Source of the DNA: a virus
Taxonomy: Duplodnaviria; Caudoviricetes
Direction: 5' to 3' (one strand)
IMG/VR virus record: IMGVR_UViG_3300014208_000002
Location: 1 to 64,000 of that record
DNA: 64,000 nt
The stretch's first letter is position 1. Every line of letters starts with the position of its first letter. The notes beneath the pieces were generated by a model, which saw nothing but the letters and a program-made list of their open reading frames with translations, had not been told where the DNA came from and did not search any database. Positions 17,427 to 28,117 of this stretch are shown here, piece after piece. The translations under genes and the position numbers were made by a program.

Positions 17427-19181
17427 ATGCAGTTTGATTATGAAGCAGTCAGATTACGAATGATAAACAGTCTAAGATCAAAAGTATCTTGGGCAGAAAT
17501 ACTAGACTTCTCCTCTAATGCAAAGATTATAGAAGTCTTTGCTAAGGAAGTTTCCGAATTAGGAAATTTTGATATATATCTAACACGGGAGAATCAGTGG
17601 TCATTGGCAAAAAATATTTCTTCTCTACTCTCTTCTTCTGACATACTGTCTTATCGTGTTCATAGGAAAGTTGGTTCTGTCGGAGAATTAACTTTATCTC
17701 CTTCCTCCTCTTTTACCGGCACTCATCCTAATACAATCATGATTCCTAAATATACTATTTTTTCTTCTTCTGAAGATGCCGCCACGAAATTTTGTACAAC
17801 TGTAAATACAAGTATTCCAGCAAGTACAGCTTCCGTAGAAGTAGACGTGGTACAGGGAACACCTAAGAGCTATACTTATACGGCTCTTGGAAATAATTAT
17901 GAAGAGGTTCCTATATATAGTCAGAGCATAGAAGATTTAAATTATGAGGTCTATGTAAATGGTGTTCTTTGGACAGAAGTAGATAATCTATTAGAAGCCG
18001 CCGCTACCGCTACTTCCTATGAAATTAAAAATCTTTATAATTTCGCAGGGGTTCAGCTTAGATTTGGTAATGATATTTTTGGAAAAAAATTAGCCTCTGG
18101 AGATACGGTTGTTTTTTATTATATAGATACTCTAGGCGCCCTCGGTAATATTTCTCGGGCAAATATAGTTACTACAGTAGAAAGCACTATTTATGATACT
18201 GTTCCTGCCCCAGTAACAATTTATTGTAAAAATCTTGGTACTATGGATGGGGGTGACGGAATAGAATCAAAAGACAGTATTCGGCTAAATGCACCTAAGA
18301 TTTTTCAATCGGGTAACCGGGCTGTCACTAAAGATGACTACGCAACTATACTGGAAAACTCAAACCTTGTCTATAAAGTAAATGTTTGGGGAGAATATGA
18401 ATATCTTATTGATAATAATTTAACCCCCGGAGACCCAACTTCTTTTGTACCTCTCCAAGAAAATAAAGTAAATATAGCTGGACTAAAAAATACTGGGGAA
18501 CCTTTAGACGAAACAGATAAAGCAAATATAATTGCATACTTAGATAGTTATAAATCTCCTACTGATATTATCGCTTTTTATGATCCAGAGGTTGTTTACT
18601 TACATTTTATATGTACAGCATATGTTAGAGAAAGAAGCTATTCACTAACTACTGTAAAAATGAATATTTTACTCACTTTGGCAGATACATATTCTTTCCA
18701 AAATTTTAACTTCGGAACAAACATCTATGAAACAGATTATAAAACGCTGGTAGATGGAGTAGATGGAGTAGATCATAACTATACTCTTCTTAAAGCTTAT
18801 AATCTTATTCCTTTCGATCAAGCAAATAGTGCTTCTTTCACACTTTCATTGTACCCAGTAACCCCCTCGATTGGTTCAAATATTTCTATAAAAGTTTATT
18901 TAAAAGGACCAACTACAGATTATTTCCAGATTGGTCAAGATGATGGGAGTGGAAATATAGATGGATTAACGGTGGGCGGAGTACCTTATGATTTAACAGG
19001 AAGCGTAATAAATTATACTACGGGCATAGGTTTTATACAAATTACTTCTCCTGTTGTAAATTATCTTACTTATACTCTGAAAGTAGAGTATGCTATTGAT
19101 GATACAGACTTTGTATTAAAAACTCGTTCTCAAATCTTTAGGTATGGTGAAGCTGAAGTATCTACCCTTTATATGCAATAA
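17427..19181 (+). CDS. baseplate wedge protein (gp6 / baseplate J-like)
   Basis: MQFDYE, ESKDSIRLNAPKIFQSGNRAVTKDDY, VNVWG. Confidence 0.9.
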   Translation: MQFDYEAVRLRMINSLRSKVSWAEILDFSSNAKIIEVFAKEVSELGNFDIYLTRENQWSLAKNISSLLSSSDILSYRVHRKVGSVGELTLSPSSSFTGTHPNTIMIPKYTIFSSSEDAATKFCTTVNTSIPASTASVEVDVVQGTPKSYTYTALGNNYEEVPIYSQSIEDLNYEVYVNGVLWTEVDNLLEAAATATSYEIKNLYNFAGVQLRFGNDIFGKKLASGDTVVFYYIDTLGALGNISRANIVTTVESTIYDTVPAPVTIYCKNLGTMDGGDGIESKDSIRLNAPKIFQSGNRAVTKDDYATILENSNLVYKVNVWGEYEYLIDNNLTPGDPTSFVPLQENKVNIAGLKNTGEPLDETDKANIIAYLDSYKSPTDIIAFYDPEVVYLHFICTAYVRERSYSLTTVKMNILLTLADTYSFQNFNFGTNIYETDYKTLVDGVDGVDHNYTLLKAYNLIPFDQANSASFTLSLYPVTPSIGSNISIKVYLKGPTTDYFQIGQDDGSGNIDGLTVGGVPYDLTGSVINYTTGIGFIQITSPVVNYLTYTLKVEYAIDDTDFVLKTRSQIFRYGEAEVSTLYMQ

Positions 19182-19192
19182 GGAAATTATAA

Positions 19193-21901
19193 ATGGCTGA
19201 ATATAATTTAAGAAAACTCCTCCCAAAACTCATGGACATTGATCTTTGGAACGATCTTGCAGATACTTTGTCTGATGAATTAACTCTCATGAAAACGCAT
19301 ATAGATAAAAAAAGACATTTCTACGATGTAGTTTATCAAAGAGACTTGAATACCACTATTTATGTCAAAGGTCTAAACTCTTCCTATTTTGAAAATTTAG
19401 TAATATCCGGGATGAACACTTATAATACGGATAATTATACTCTTTACTGGGAAGTAACTAATTATAATGATAAACACCAAATAAATCTATACAAAGACTT
19501 TGCCAAAACCCAACTTGTTTTACAATCTCCTACTTGGATTGTTAATACTCCTGTATCTATAACTTTTGTAGAAAAGAATTCTTCGGGCTTATCAGGCACT
19601 ACAGATTTTACTTTTTATGCTGAAGACAAAGCCCGAACAAATTATATAGAATTACCATATGAAAACTTTTCTCCTCTCGTACTGATTGCCAATATGTTTG
19701 GTTTTTACCCCGACTTGTCTATTAACCCTGATATAAATTATCTTGAAAAAATAGTATACGCAATCCCTCTCTTTATTAACCAAAAAGGAATGTATTCTAA
19801 CTATGATATCATCTTCCGACTAAGCCGTCACTTAGGTGATATATTTATTCACTATTGGAATGGAACCGGTTTATTTCCCGCTATAGAGGATTACATTGAT
19901 GAACTAGAAACAAAAAGAATAGGTGGAGATTTAGGAGAGGGGATAAACTTAGCGGGCGTTAGAAACTATGATTCCTTTATCGAGGGCGACCAGTATCTTG
20001 ATACCGTACCTCCCCTAATTCTGGATGATGATGTTATGTGGTATCTTGACCAATCTTTTGCGAGACTAACTTCAAAACACTTAGGTATAGAGTTTTATAT
20101 TGGTTCATATGTAGATTCAAATATAAATAATACTTATAACTTAATTGAAAAAAGAAGTGATGTAGGAATAGGGGACGCCGCTACGGTAGCTTTTAGTTCT
20201 CTTATTGATAATATGCCTACTATCCCTCTGACTACTTTATTCTCAATCTATAATAATGGAACTAAATTAACAAGTTTGACAATTGCTCTTCCAGATATAA
20301 ATTATGATTGCGCCATTACTGCAACGGAATTAGTTAGTGGAAATTATAACACTATTACAAAAACAATAACTCTTGAGTTTGTTTCTGCCCCTATTCTTGG
20401 AGCAGTTATAGACTGTTCTTATTTACATTGTATGACAAAAGAATATATTAACTATCTTACAAATATGAGTCTCTATAATAAACGTGCAGTAGAAGTTCAG
20501 CATATTGGGGCGCAACTTTCTTTTATTATGGATATAACGGGGTATAAAGATTGTATTCTAACTGGTAGTGCTTATACTTTTCCAAACATAATGACCGACT
20601 GCGCCGTTACAACTCAATTCGTTCCTGGGGCCTCCCTATTTGATAATATAAAAGAAATTGTTCTTGGGGATGGAAATCTTTCTATTCCAGCAGTTATTTC
20701 GGGAACTCCATTATCAAGTAATGCTGTGTCTCATGCTGTTTTCTCTCAGTCAATCTCAAATGAGAATCTTAAACAATTTGGTGCAGAGCAATGGAACTCT
20801 ATAATCATTGCCGCTAATGCAAATAAAATAAAAGAAGATATAAATATTGGAGAAGCAGACGGAACACAAACTGTATTTACGGGTACATTAAGTCATACCC
20901 CTGTAAGACCTCGTTCGGTCGTTTTTAATTATGTTTTGGGGGGTTTAACAAAATCAGTTATTGATAGGTATCAAGACCCTATTGGTTTTTATACTACTAC
21001 TTTAGATGTAACAGCTTCAAAAACAGACCTCGCCGCAGTAGATAGAATTACCTCTTTTCAGTACACCCTCACAAAAACTGGTCTTATTATAACCACTATC
21101 GGCCTTACTTTTACAATAGGGGGGGTAGTTTATACAGTTTATGATTCTACTACAGATGGGGCTACTGGTGTATTTAATGGAAATATTGCTAATCCCGGCT
21201 CCGCTTTTATATCAATAGGAACAATAGACTATTCTTCCAGAGAAATTTCCCTTACCTTTACTCAAGCTACAGATTCCTTAACTCAAGTAACTTTTACCTA
21301 TTCCTATACCCAAGATGAAGTTGTTTCCTTAGATGAACAAGCTTATGCTGTAATAAATTATGATACTGGAGAATATACTTTAAATTGCTTCTATGATAAA
21401 GAAAAAACAGATGTTATATCCACCACTGCTATAAACAGCATTGTTAATTATGGTGTAGGAATTTCTTCTAGTGCAGAGCTTCAGCCAACAACATTAGAAT
21501 TATCCTTCTATCTATCAGATGGTAGTCATCTTACAGCCAAAGATGTTCAAACTATCGGCGACCCCACAACCGGATATTTTGAGGCTACCACAAATATAGC
21601 AAGTAGTAGTATAAATTACACTACTAAAGTTATAAATGTTACTTTTAATGACTACACCTCTTATTTTGAAAATGTAGAATTAACCTATACTTACCGAACA
21701 TTAAATCCCCCTGATAATGGTACTAATATAGAAGTAGAATATATTACTGAAAAAAATATAAAAATAACAGAAGTAGGAATAATGGACATATCAGATAATA
21801 TGATTGCTTATGCAACTTTCCCCCCAATAGAATTGGATGATGCGAAGTTACATACTTCTTATCAATTCTTTATTTATTATGGCGGGGCTTTTAATACTTA
21901 G
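19193..21901 (+). CDS. baseplate wedge protein (gp7/gp8-like) with several inserted beta-sandwich modules
   Basis: Follows the gp6-like gene; C-terminal ITEVGIMD...MIAYATFPPI typical of wedge/fibre-anchor domains. Confidence 0.7.
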   Translation: MAEYNLRKLLPKLMDIDLWNDLADTLSDELTLMKTHIDKKRHFYDVVYQRDLNTTIYVKGLNSSYFENLVISGMNTYNTDNYTLYWEVTNYNDKHQINLYKDFAKTQLVLQSPTWIVNTPVSITFVEKNSSGLSGTTDFTFYAEDKARTNYIELPYENFSPLVLIANMFGFYPDLSINPDINYLEKIVYAIPLFINQKGMYSNYDIIFRLSRHLGDIFIHYWNGTGLFPAIEDYIDELETKRIGGDLGEGINLAGVRNYDSFIEGDQYLDTVPPLILDDDVMWYLDQSFARLTSKHLGIEFYIGSYVDSNINNTYNLIEKRSDVGIGDAATVAFSSLIDNMPTIPLTTLFSIYNNGTKLTSLTIALPDINYDCAITATELVSGNYNTITKTITLEFVSAPILGAVIDCSYLHCMTKEYINYLTNMSLYNKRAVEVQHIGAQLSFIMDITGYKDCILTGSAYTFPNIMTDCAVTTQFVPGASLFDNIKEIVLGDGNLSIPAVISGTPLSSNAVSHAVFSQSISNENLKQFGAEQWNSIIIAANANKIKEDINIGEADGTQTVFTGTLSHTPVRPRSVVFNYVLGGLTKSVIDRYQDPIGFYTTTLDVTASKTDLAAVDRITSFQYTLTKTGLIITTIGLTFTIGGVVYTVYDSTTDGATGVFNGNIANPGSAFISIGTIDYSSREISLTFTQATDSLTQVTFTYSYTQDEVVSLDEQAYAVINYDTGEYTLNCFYDKEKTDVISTTAINSIVNYGVGISSSAELQPTTLELSFYLSDGSHLTAKDVQTIGDPTTGYFEATTNIASSSINYTTKVINVTFNDYTSYFENVELTYTYRTLNPPDNGTNIEVEYITEKNIKITEVGIMDISDNMIAYATFPPIELDDAKLHTSYQFFIYYGGAFNT

Positions 21902-21912
21902 GAGAAGGGCAA

Positions 21913-24900
21913 ATGGCTTCAATTGTAACAGACCAGATTGGACAAGGAAATGATGCTCAAACAACTTTTGAAAAATTTCTTTCCTATGCTCCCTCCTCAT
22001 TAACTGTAACTTATTTTACTATTTATATGAATAGTACAAATTTATCTATAGGGATTGGAACCCCGGTTGGGGGCGTTTATCCTCTTGTAAATGTTGCGGT
22101 AATTTCTGCTGGTAGTTATGACTCCAATACTAGACTACTTTCTTTAACGTTTATTACTCCCCCAACCCCTACTGATTTTATATCTATACAGTACCAAACA
22201 ACGGCTCAAACACTTTCTTTTCAATATCGTGGAGAAGGACGCTCTGCTTACTTTAATACAATTTTACATAAGTTACTTCCAATGGGAATATATTCTCAAG
22301 AATCTTTTTCAAGTTATGCATACTCCTATGCTGATGGAAATTTATCACGAGCAGATAATTCTACGGTAACTGTTTCTCCCTTTATTGCTTTATTGAGGGA
22401 TACAGAAAATAATCTTTCTGTTCGCCTTGAAGTAGCAAGCTCAGTAAATGTGGCAGTAACTCCTGCAACACCTTATATAATTTGTAGAATAAACTGGCAG
22501 AATACAGTAAATAATACAGCCGATGTTGTAGCAGTTGCCTCTGCCGCCATTCTTGATGACTATGTAGTTATTGGACGGGTAACTTTTGATATCAATGATT
22601 ATGTTACAACTGTTTTTGATTACTCACGAAGAGATCATATTGATATAAATCACCTTTATCAAAAACAAGCTGTTCCTTTTAGACTTAAACAAAATGATCC
22701 TCCCTCTGATACTTATTTAGTTATGAGTGGGGAAATAACTTTTTCTACTGGAAACTATGCTTTCCCAGATGATACTGTTACTCCAGTCTTTGCACCTACT
22801 ACTGCGGGACGAGTAGATTTATTATATATTGACCAAGCGGGCGCACTTCAAATTTCTTCTAGTGCGGAATCTGGAACTCCTGTTACTCCCTCATATGATG
22901 GGAAGTTTGTCATTGCAGAGATTCGTCGTATTGGGTCTTGGACAACTGTAGAAGGACAACATATTTGGCAAATAAATCCAGATAGATATTTTTCTTCTGA
23001 TACAAGTAACCCAACTTTTAATACGGTGACTATTCTTTCAGCTCCGACATTAGACTCTCATGCAGTTAGAAAAGATTATGTAGACAACCTTATTCATGGT
23101 ATTGATTGGCAAGAATCAGTAATCAATTTCTTAAACTTTGTTACAAGCGAACCTGCCGCTCCTTCTAATGGTGATAGATACATCGCTACCACAAGTGGGG
23201 TGTCCAGTGTAACAGGTCAAACTATAACTGCGGATTATATTTATCAGTGGAGCACTACAAATGCTATTTGGACAGAAATTGTTCCTGACAATGGTACAGT
23301 AACTTTAATAGAAGCAACAAGTGTTCAGTGGTTATTCAACGGTGCGATTTGGATTCAATTCTCTACAGTAATTCCTCACAATAATTTAAGTGGGTTAGAC
23401 GGCGGCTCTGTTGGAGAATATTTCCATTTGACTTCTTGTCAACACTCAAATGTATTCTATAAGCATATTGATACAACTGATCATATAACTCAAGGTATAA
23501 CAAATCTTTGGTATTCTGATATTCTTGTTAATAATAATGCTTATGTTTCTTGTGCTTATAATCATGCTATTATTCTCTCTGGAAATCCTCATGGGACTCT
23601 TCCTTCCCAAATAACAGGGTTTCAATCTTGTGTATCCGCTAATACAGATGTAGCGGCGGCATATGCTCACTCACAGATTATTTTAGGAAATCCGCATAAT
23701 ACTACAAAAACAGATATTGGCTTATCTAATGTAGATAACGTCCAGCAAATACCTTTATCTCAAAAAGGTGTTGCAAATGGTGTTGCCACTTTAGGCTCTG
23801 ATGGTTTAATTACCTCTTCTCAATTACCTACGGCTGTTCAACAATCTTTAAAATATATAGGTACTTGGGACGCCTCTACAAATACACCAACTCTTCCTGG
23901 CTCTCCTACAAAAGGTGATTATTATGTAGTTTCTGTTGCTGGTAATACAACCCTTGGGGTTTATTCTACTTGGTATGTAGCAGACTGGGCGGTATTTAAT
24001 GGTTCTTCTTGGGACAGGGTTAAATATGGAAATGACATACTCTCTATTAACGGATATAGCTCAGGTGCAATTATTCTTACAACTTCTGATATAGCTGAAG
24101 GAACAAATCTTTATTATACAGATGTTAGAGTTTCGGCAAATTTAGATGTTATAGCTTCCGTAGCCCATATCACGGCAGATGGGTCAAGCCATTCTTTAGT
24201 TGGAGTTATTCAAAATTCAATAAGTGATCTAAATAATACGGGGCTTGTTTCTTGGGAAGTTGGAACCCCACGATATTCTATTTTAGGAACAAATTTTAAT
24301 TTAGCTGTTGGTGGAACTGGTAGAATAAAAGGAGCGGAAGTAACCTTTGTTGGGGCGCAGAGTGTAACTATTGTTGATGGATTTAATTTAATTTATATAA
24401 ACTCTTTAGGAACTTTAGTAGCTTCAGCTATTTTTGATAGTTCCTACTATGAAGATTATATTGTTCTTTTCCGAGTTCATCATTCTACCAATGAAGATAT
24501 TGTAATGAAGGACTATGTATCTTATAAATATCCTGTAGCTTCAAGAACATATATTAGAAATAATGTTGGAAGCATTATCCGAGATGGTGGAGCAAATATT
24601 TATCAAGTAACTGTTGGGGATGGAACACTAACAACTGATAGAGGAGTTGGACTAAGTGGAAATGATATATTAGACTCTCTTTCTCTGGAAACTGTAATTT
24701 CCACTACCTCCCCAATATCTTTTGCATTCTATTATGATGCTGGAACAAACTGGGAAAGATATTCTACTGGGAACGAACTTCCTATGTATTATAATTCCGC
24801 TGGTACAATGACTGCTATGGCTAATGATGAAATATCTGTTTGGTCAATCTTTGTTTGTCCTGATGATGGAGATACATTAGGCGCAAAATATATTGGTATA

Positions 24901-25278
24901 GCAGATGAAAATTTATATGCTAACTCCGGTGCGGCAAAAGACGCAATAAAAAATCATACTATAAAAGCACCTACTGGTTCAATGTCTTATATGGGACTTG
25001 CACTTCTTGGGTATGTAGTAATTCATCAAAACGCTCTTGGTGGATATACTGAAAAATTATTTGCAGTAAAAGATTCTTTAGCCAATATAAATATTCCTCA
25101 AACTGGAAGTGATTTTATTACAGACGATGGGACATTAACTTACATTGCTTCTAACACTGAAATAGTTAGAGAAGATGATGACCCTTATATTATTCTCCGA
25201 AAGACAGGAACAAATGCAGGATATGTAAAATTATTATTTAATTCTACAGACCAGAATCTTGAAATTACTTATGGATAA
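21913..25278 (+). CDS. baseplate-attached tail fibre / fibre-anchor protein
   Basis: 1121 aa of fibre motifs: VRKDYVD, IDWQESV, NPHNTTKTDIGLSNVDN, KGVANGVATLGSDG, YIGTWDASTNTPTL. Confidence 0.8.
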   Translation: MASIVTDQIGQGNDAQTTFEKFLSYAPSSLTVTYFTIYMNSTNLSIGIGTPVGGVYPLVNVAVISAGSYDSNTRLLSLTFITPPTPTDFISIQYQTTAQTLSFQYRGEGRSAYFNTILHKLLPMGIYSQESFSSYAYSYADGNLSRADNSTVTVSPFIALLRDTENNLSVRLEVASSVNVAVTPATPYIICRINWQNTVNNTADVVAVASAAILDDYVVIGRVTFDINDYVTTVFDYSRRDHIDINHLYQKQAVPFRLKQNDPPSDTYLVMSGEITFSTGNYAFPDDTVTPVFAPTTAGRVDLLYIDQAGALQISSSAESGTPVTPSYDGKFVIAEIRRIGSWTTVEGQHIWQINPDRYFSSDTSNPTFNTVTILSAPTLDSHAVRKDYVDNLIHGIDWQESVINFLNFVTSEPAAPSNGDRYIATTSGVSSVTGQTITADYIYQWSTTNAIWTEIVPDNGTVTLIEATSVQWLFNGAIWIQFSTVIPHNNLSGLDGGSVGEYFHLTSCQHSNVFYKHIDTTDHITQGITNLWYSDILVNNNAYVSCAYNHAIILSGNPHGTLPSQITGFQSCVSANTDVAAAYAHSQIILGNPHNTTKTDIGLSNVDNVQQIPLSQKGVANGVATLGSDGLITSSQLPTAVQQSLKYIGTWDASTNTPTLPGSPTKGDYYVVSVAGNTTLGVYSTWYVADWAVFNGSSWDRVKYGNDILSINGYSSGAIILTTSDIAEGTNLYYTDVRVSANLDVIASVAHITADGSSHSLVGVIQNSISDLNNTGLVSWEVGTPRYSILGTNFNLAVGGTGRIKGAEVTFVGAQSVTIVDGFNLIYINSLGTLVASAIFDSSYYEDYIVLFRVHHSTNEDIVMKDYVSYKYPVASRTYIRNNVGSIIRDGGANIYQVTVGDGTLTTDRGVGLSGNDILDSLSLETVISTTSPISFAFYYDAGTNWERYSTGNELPMYYNSAGTMTAMANDEISVWSIFVCPDDGDTLGAKYIGIADENLYANSGAAKDAIKNHTIKAPTGSMSYMGLALLGYVVIHQNALGGYTEKLFAVKDSLANINIPQTGSDFITDDGTLTYIASNTEIVREDDDPYIILRKTGTNAGYVKLLFNSTDQNLEITYG

Positions 25279-25284
25279 TTCCTT

Positions 25285-25292
25285 TACTAATA
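25285..25292 (+). promoter_or_regulatory. candidate late promoter TACTAATA
   Basis: Intergenic motif copy 14 nt before ATG 25307. Confidence 0.65.
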
Positions 25293-25306
25293 GACTGAGG
25301 TAAGAA

Positions 25307-27265
25307 ATGCCCGATATTAAAAACACTGGTGGAATAATACTTGAATGTTCTACAAATCCTCAAGCAGGAATGTTATCATATTGTAATGGTCAATATTTTG
25401 GATATGATGGTTCTACTTGTAATAACATAATAACCTGTAAAGATAATGCAACATGCGCCGCACCTGGAATAATACAAATTGGTGCAGGACTATGTTTAGA
25501 TGGGTGTACTGTCTGTCTTGGGCCAACAGGAATAGGGGCGATAACTTGTGATTGCCAAATATTGATTGGGTGTTCTACTACTTGCAATACTAATTCATGC
25601 TATACTATTTATTTGGGGACTAGCGCAGGAAATGGAGCTAGTTTATCTTCAAAGTCTATTTTTATAGGTAGTGGCTCTGGATGTGGAGCGTGCTGTTCAT
25701 GCTATTCAAATTTTATAGGAACAGAGACAGGGTGTGATTCTTTATGTTCTCTTTATTCTAATTTTATAGGATATCAAGCAGGATATCGAGCCTGTGGAGC
25801 AAGTTGTTCTAACTATATAGGTATATATGCGGGAACTGCTACTATAGCCTCTCCGTATGGAAATTATATAGGATATCAAGCAGGACAGAATGCTAATTGT
25901 TCTATCAATTCTAATCTTATAGGAAACGGGGCTGGGTATTCGGTGTGTTGTGTTCAAAGATCAAATATAATAGGATATCAAGCGGGCTATCAGGCTGTAT
26001 TTTCTTTATGCCCAGTTTTTATTGGCACTGGTGCTGGTGGTAATTCTTACTTTACTCATAATAGTATTTTTATAGGAACAGGTGCAGGACAAAATACTTG
26101 TTGTTCCTGTAGTAATGTTTTTTTAGGAAAATGTTCTGGAAGCGGAAATATAAAAGTTTCTTATTCTGTAATGATTGGAGATGCGGTTGGGTATCTGTCT
26201 TGCAATAGCTACAACCAAGTTTTTATTGGTTGTGAAGCAGGAAGAGCGGCTATTTGTTCTAATAACTCAATATTCATAGGGCAAAGAACAGGGTATGCCA
26301 CTTGCTTTAGTCCAAGCTCTGTTTTTATTGGTCTTGAGGCTGGAAATCTTGCTTCTGCTACGGACGGAGGAGTATTTATAGGAACAAGCGCAGGAGATAG
26401 TTCCTGTTATTCTTCTTATGGAGTGTTCTTAGGAAGATTAGCAGGATATAGGTCTTGTTATTCTATTAGCTCTATTATGATGGGAACACAAGCCGGATAT
26501 AATGCCAACTGTGTACGCTGGTCAAATATATTTGGAATTTATGCTGGACAAGATACTTGTAATGTTAGAGATTCAAATTTCATTGGAACGGAGGCTGGTT
26601 GTGGAGCAATTTGTTCAAGCTGTTCAACTTTTATAGGAAGAAGTGCTGGAAAAGGAAATTGTTGTTCTGATTTTTCAAACTTTATTGGCCTAGAGGCAGG
26701 TTATGAATCATGCTGTTCATCCTCTTCTAATTTCTTAGGTAGAGCCGCTGGAAAAAATGCCGCTTATTCTTGTAAGTCTAATTTTATTGGGTACTTTGCG
26801 GGTTATCAAGCTTGCTATTCTTATGATTCTAATTTCATAGGAAACTTCGCTGGGGTAGGGGCGGCTTGTTCTCGTAGCTCTCATTTCATGGGAGAAAATG
26901 CCGGTTATTATGCTTGCTATACTTGTTACTCAGTTTTTATTGGAACAAGTAGTGGTAGCTGTGCCTCTTGTTCTTGTCAATCAATTTTCTTTGGCCATAA
27001 TGCTGGACTAAATGCATGTTGTTCCTCTTGTTCAATTTTTATTGGAGTATGCACTGGTATCAATATTTGTTGCTCCCCCAATACTTTAATGATCGGAAAT
27101 AACACAGGAATTATTCCTCTCCTTTGTGGAAATATGGCAACATGCGCTAATTGCTCATGCTTAACAATAAATGGTCATGTAAGGGCAGTATGTACTTTCT
27201 GTGCGAATACTCTCATTCTGGGTTGTACAGCTTCAACGGTAGCTGGGGCTATATGGGTGGTTTAA
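25307..27265 (+). CDS. Cys-rich tail fibre-like protein with ~17-aa SxFIGxxAG beta-roll repeats
   Basis: About 30 repeats such as SNFIGYQAGYRACGASC; about 65 Cys in 652 aa by manual count. Confidence 0.75.
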   Translation: MPDIKNTGGIILECSTNPQAGMLSYCNGQYFGYDGSTCNNIITCKDNATCAAPGIIQIGAGLCLDGCTVCLGPTGIGAITCDCQILIGCSTTCNTNSCYTIYLGTSAGNGASLSSKSIFIGSGSGCGACCSCYSNFIGTETGCDSLCSLYSNFIGYQAGYRACGASCSNYIGIYAGTATIASPYGNYIGYQAGQNANCSINSNLIGNGAGYSVCCVQRSNIIGYQAGYQAVFSLCPVFIGTGAGGNSYFTHNSIFIGTGAGQNTCCSCSNVFLGKCSGSGNIKVSYSVMIGDAVGYLSCNSYNQVFIGCEAGRAAICSNNSIFIGQRTGYATCFSPSSVFIGLEAGNLASATDGGVFIGTSAGDSSCYSSYGVFLGRLAGYRSCYSISSIMMGTQAGYNANCVRWSNIFGIYAGQDTCNVRDSNFIGTEAGCGAICSSCSTFIGRSAGKGNCCSDFSNFIGLEAGYESCCSSSSNFLGRAAGKNAAYSCKSNFIGYFAGYQACYSYDSNFIGNFAGVGAACSRSSHFMGENAGYYACYTCYSVFIGTSSGSCASCSCQSIFFGHNAGLNACCSSCSIFIGVCTGINICCSPNTLMIGNNTGIIPLLCGNMATCANCSCLTINGHVRAVCTFCANTLILGCTASTVAGAIWVV

Positions 27266-27266
27266 T

Positions 27267-27866
27267 ATGGCGTTAATGTCAGAAAAACTTTATTATTATA
27301 AAGGCGCTACTCAATACTCATGTGATGTTTATTCTGATTTAGCGGACATTGGAAGCCCGGCTCATTATCTTAAAATATATACTGCTTCCGGGGATGGATA
27401 TATTCCCGTTAGTACAACTTCTGATAGTGATGATTCTGATTTAAGAACATATATTGCAGGGGCAGTTTATTATGTTAAAAAAACTTATACTCCTCCTATT
27501 GATATTGTCGCAGGAACACGAACTGAGACTGATTTAGGAGCGTTACTTGATGCTTATATATCCGATGGAACTACTAGAGGGTGTGAATCTTTTACATTAG
27601 ATAGTACTACTGATACAAATATAAAAATAAGAAATATAACAGTTATAGGTAAATCGGCTATTACTTCCAACCCAAATAGTATGGGATTATCTTATTCATA
27701 TTCCTTTACTGGTGAATTGTCAGTAAACGGTGGAGGAAGCTGGGCAAACGTAACAGCGTCAATAGGATTTATGCCCTACTCTATGAATGATGCAAACGCC
27801 GCTTCTATACACCCTAGTAGAACTGTTCCGCATTCATTTACAAATAGTGATATTGTATTTACATAG
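27267..27866 (+). CDS. putative fibre tip/adhesin protein, paralog A
   Basis: N-terminal ~70 aa (MALMSEKLYYYKG...LRTYIAGAVYYV) paralogous to 32589; C-terminus unrelated. Confidence 0.6.
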   Translation: MALMSEKLYYYKGATQYSCDVYSDLADIGSPAHYLKIYTASGDGYIPVSTTSDSDDSDLRTYIAGAVYYVKKTYTPPIDIVAGTRTETDLGALLDAYISDGTTRGCESFTLDSTTDTNIKIRNITVIGKSAITSNPNSMGLSYSYSFTGELSVNGGGSWANVTASIGFMPYSMNDANAASIHPSRTVPHSFTNSDIVFT

Positions 27867-27874
27867 GAGATTTC

Positions 27875-28087
27875 ATGTTATATTTTTATGATTATGATGT
27901 GGAAAAATTTCCAGAGGACGCAACAGAAATTATTGATGTAAGAAAATGGGATTATTGGACAATAACTCCAGGAATGGATATTCAATTATATGTTCATGAA
28001 AATCATATTACCAATTGGAAAGTAATTAGCAATAACCCTGAAAAATATACAACTTTAATAAGTAAAAATAGATTTGTAAAAATATAG
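27875..28087 (+). CDS. hypothetical protein
   Basis: 70-aa ORF with GGAG RBS. Confidence 0.6.
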   Translation: MLYFYDYDVEKFPEDATEIIDVRKWDYWTITPGMDIQLYVHENHITNWKVISNNPEKYTTLISKNRFVKI

Positions 28088-28093
28088 ATTTCT

Positions 28094-28101
28094 TACTAAT
28101 G
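28094..28101 (+). promoter_or_regulatory. candidate late promoter TACTAATG
   Basis: Intergenic motif variant before ATG 28118. Confidence 0.5.
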
Positions 28102-28117
28102 AGATAGAAGGTATTGG

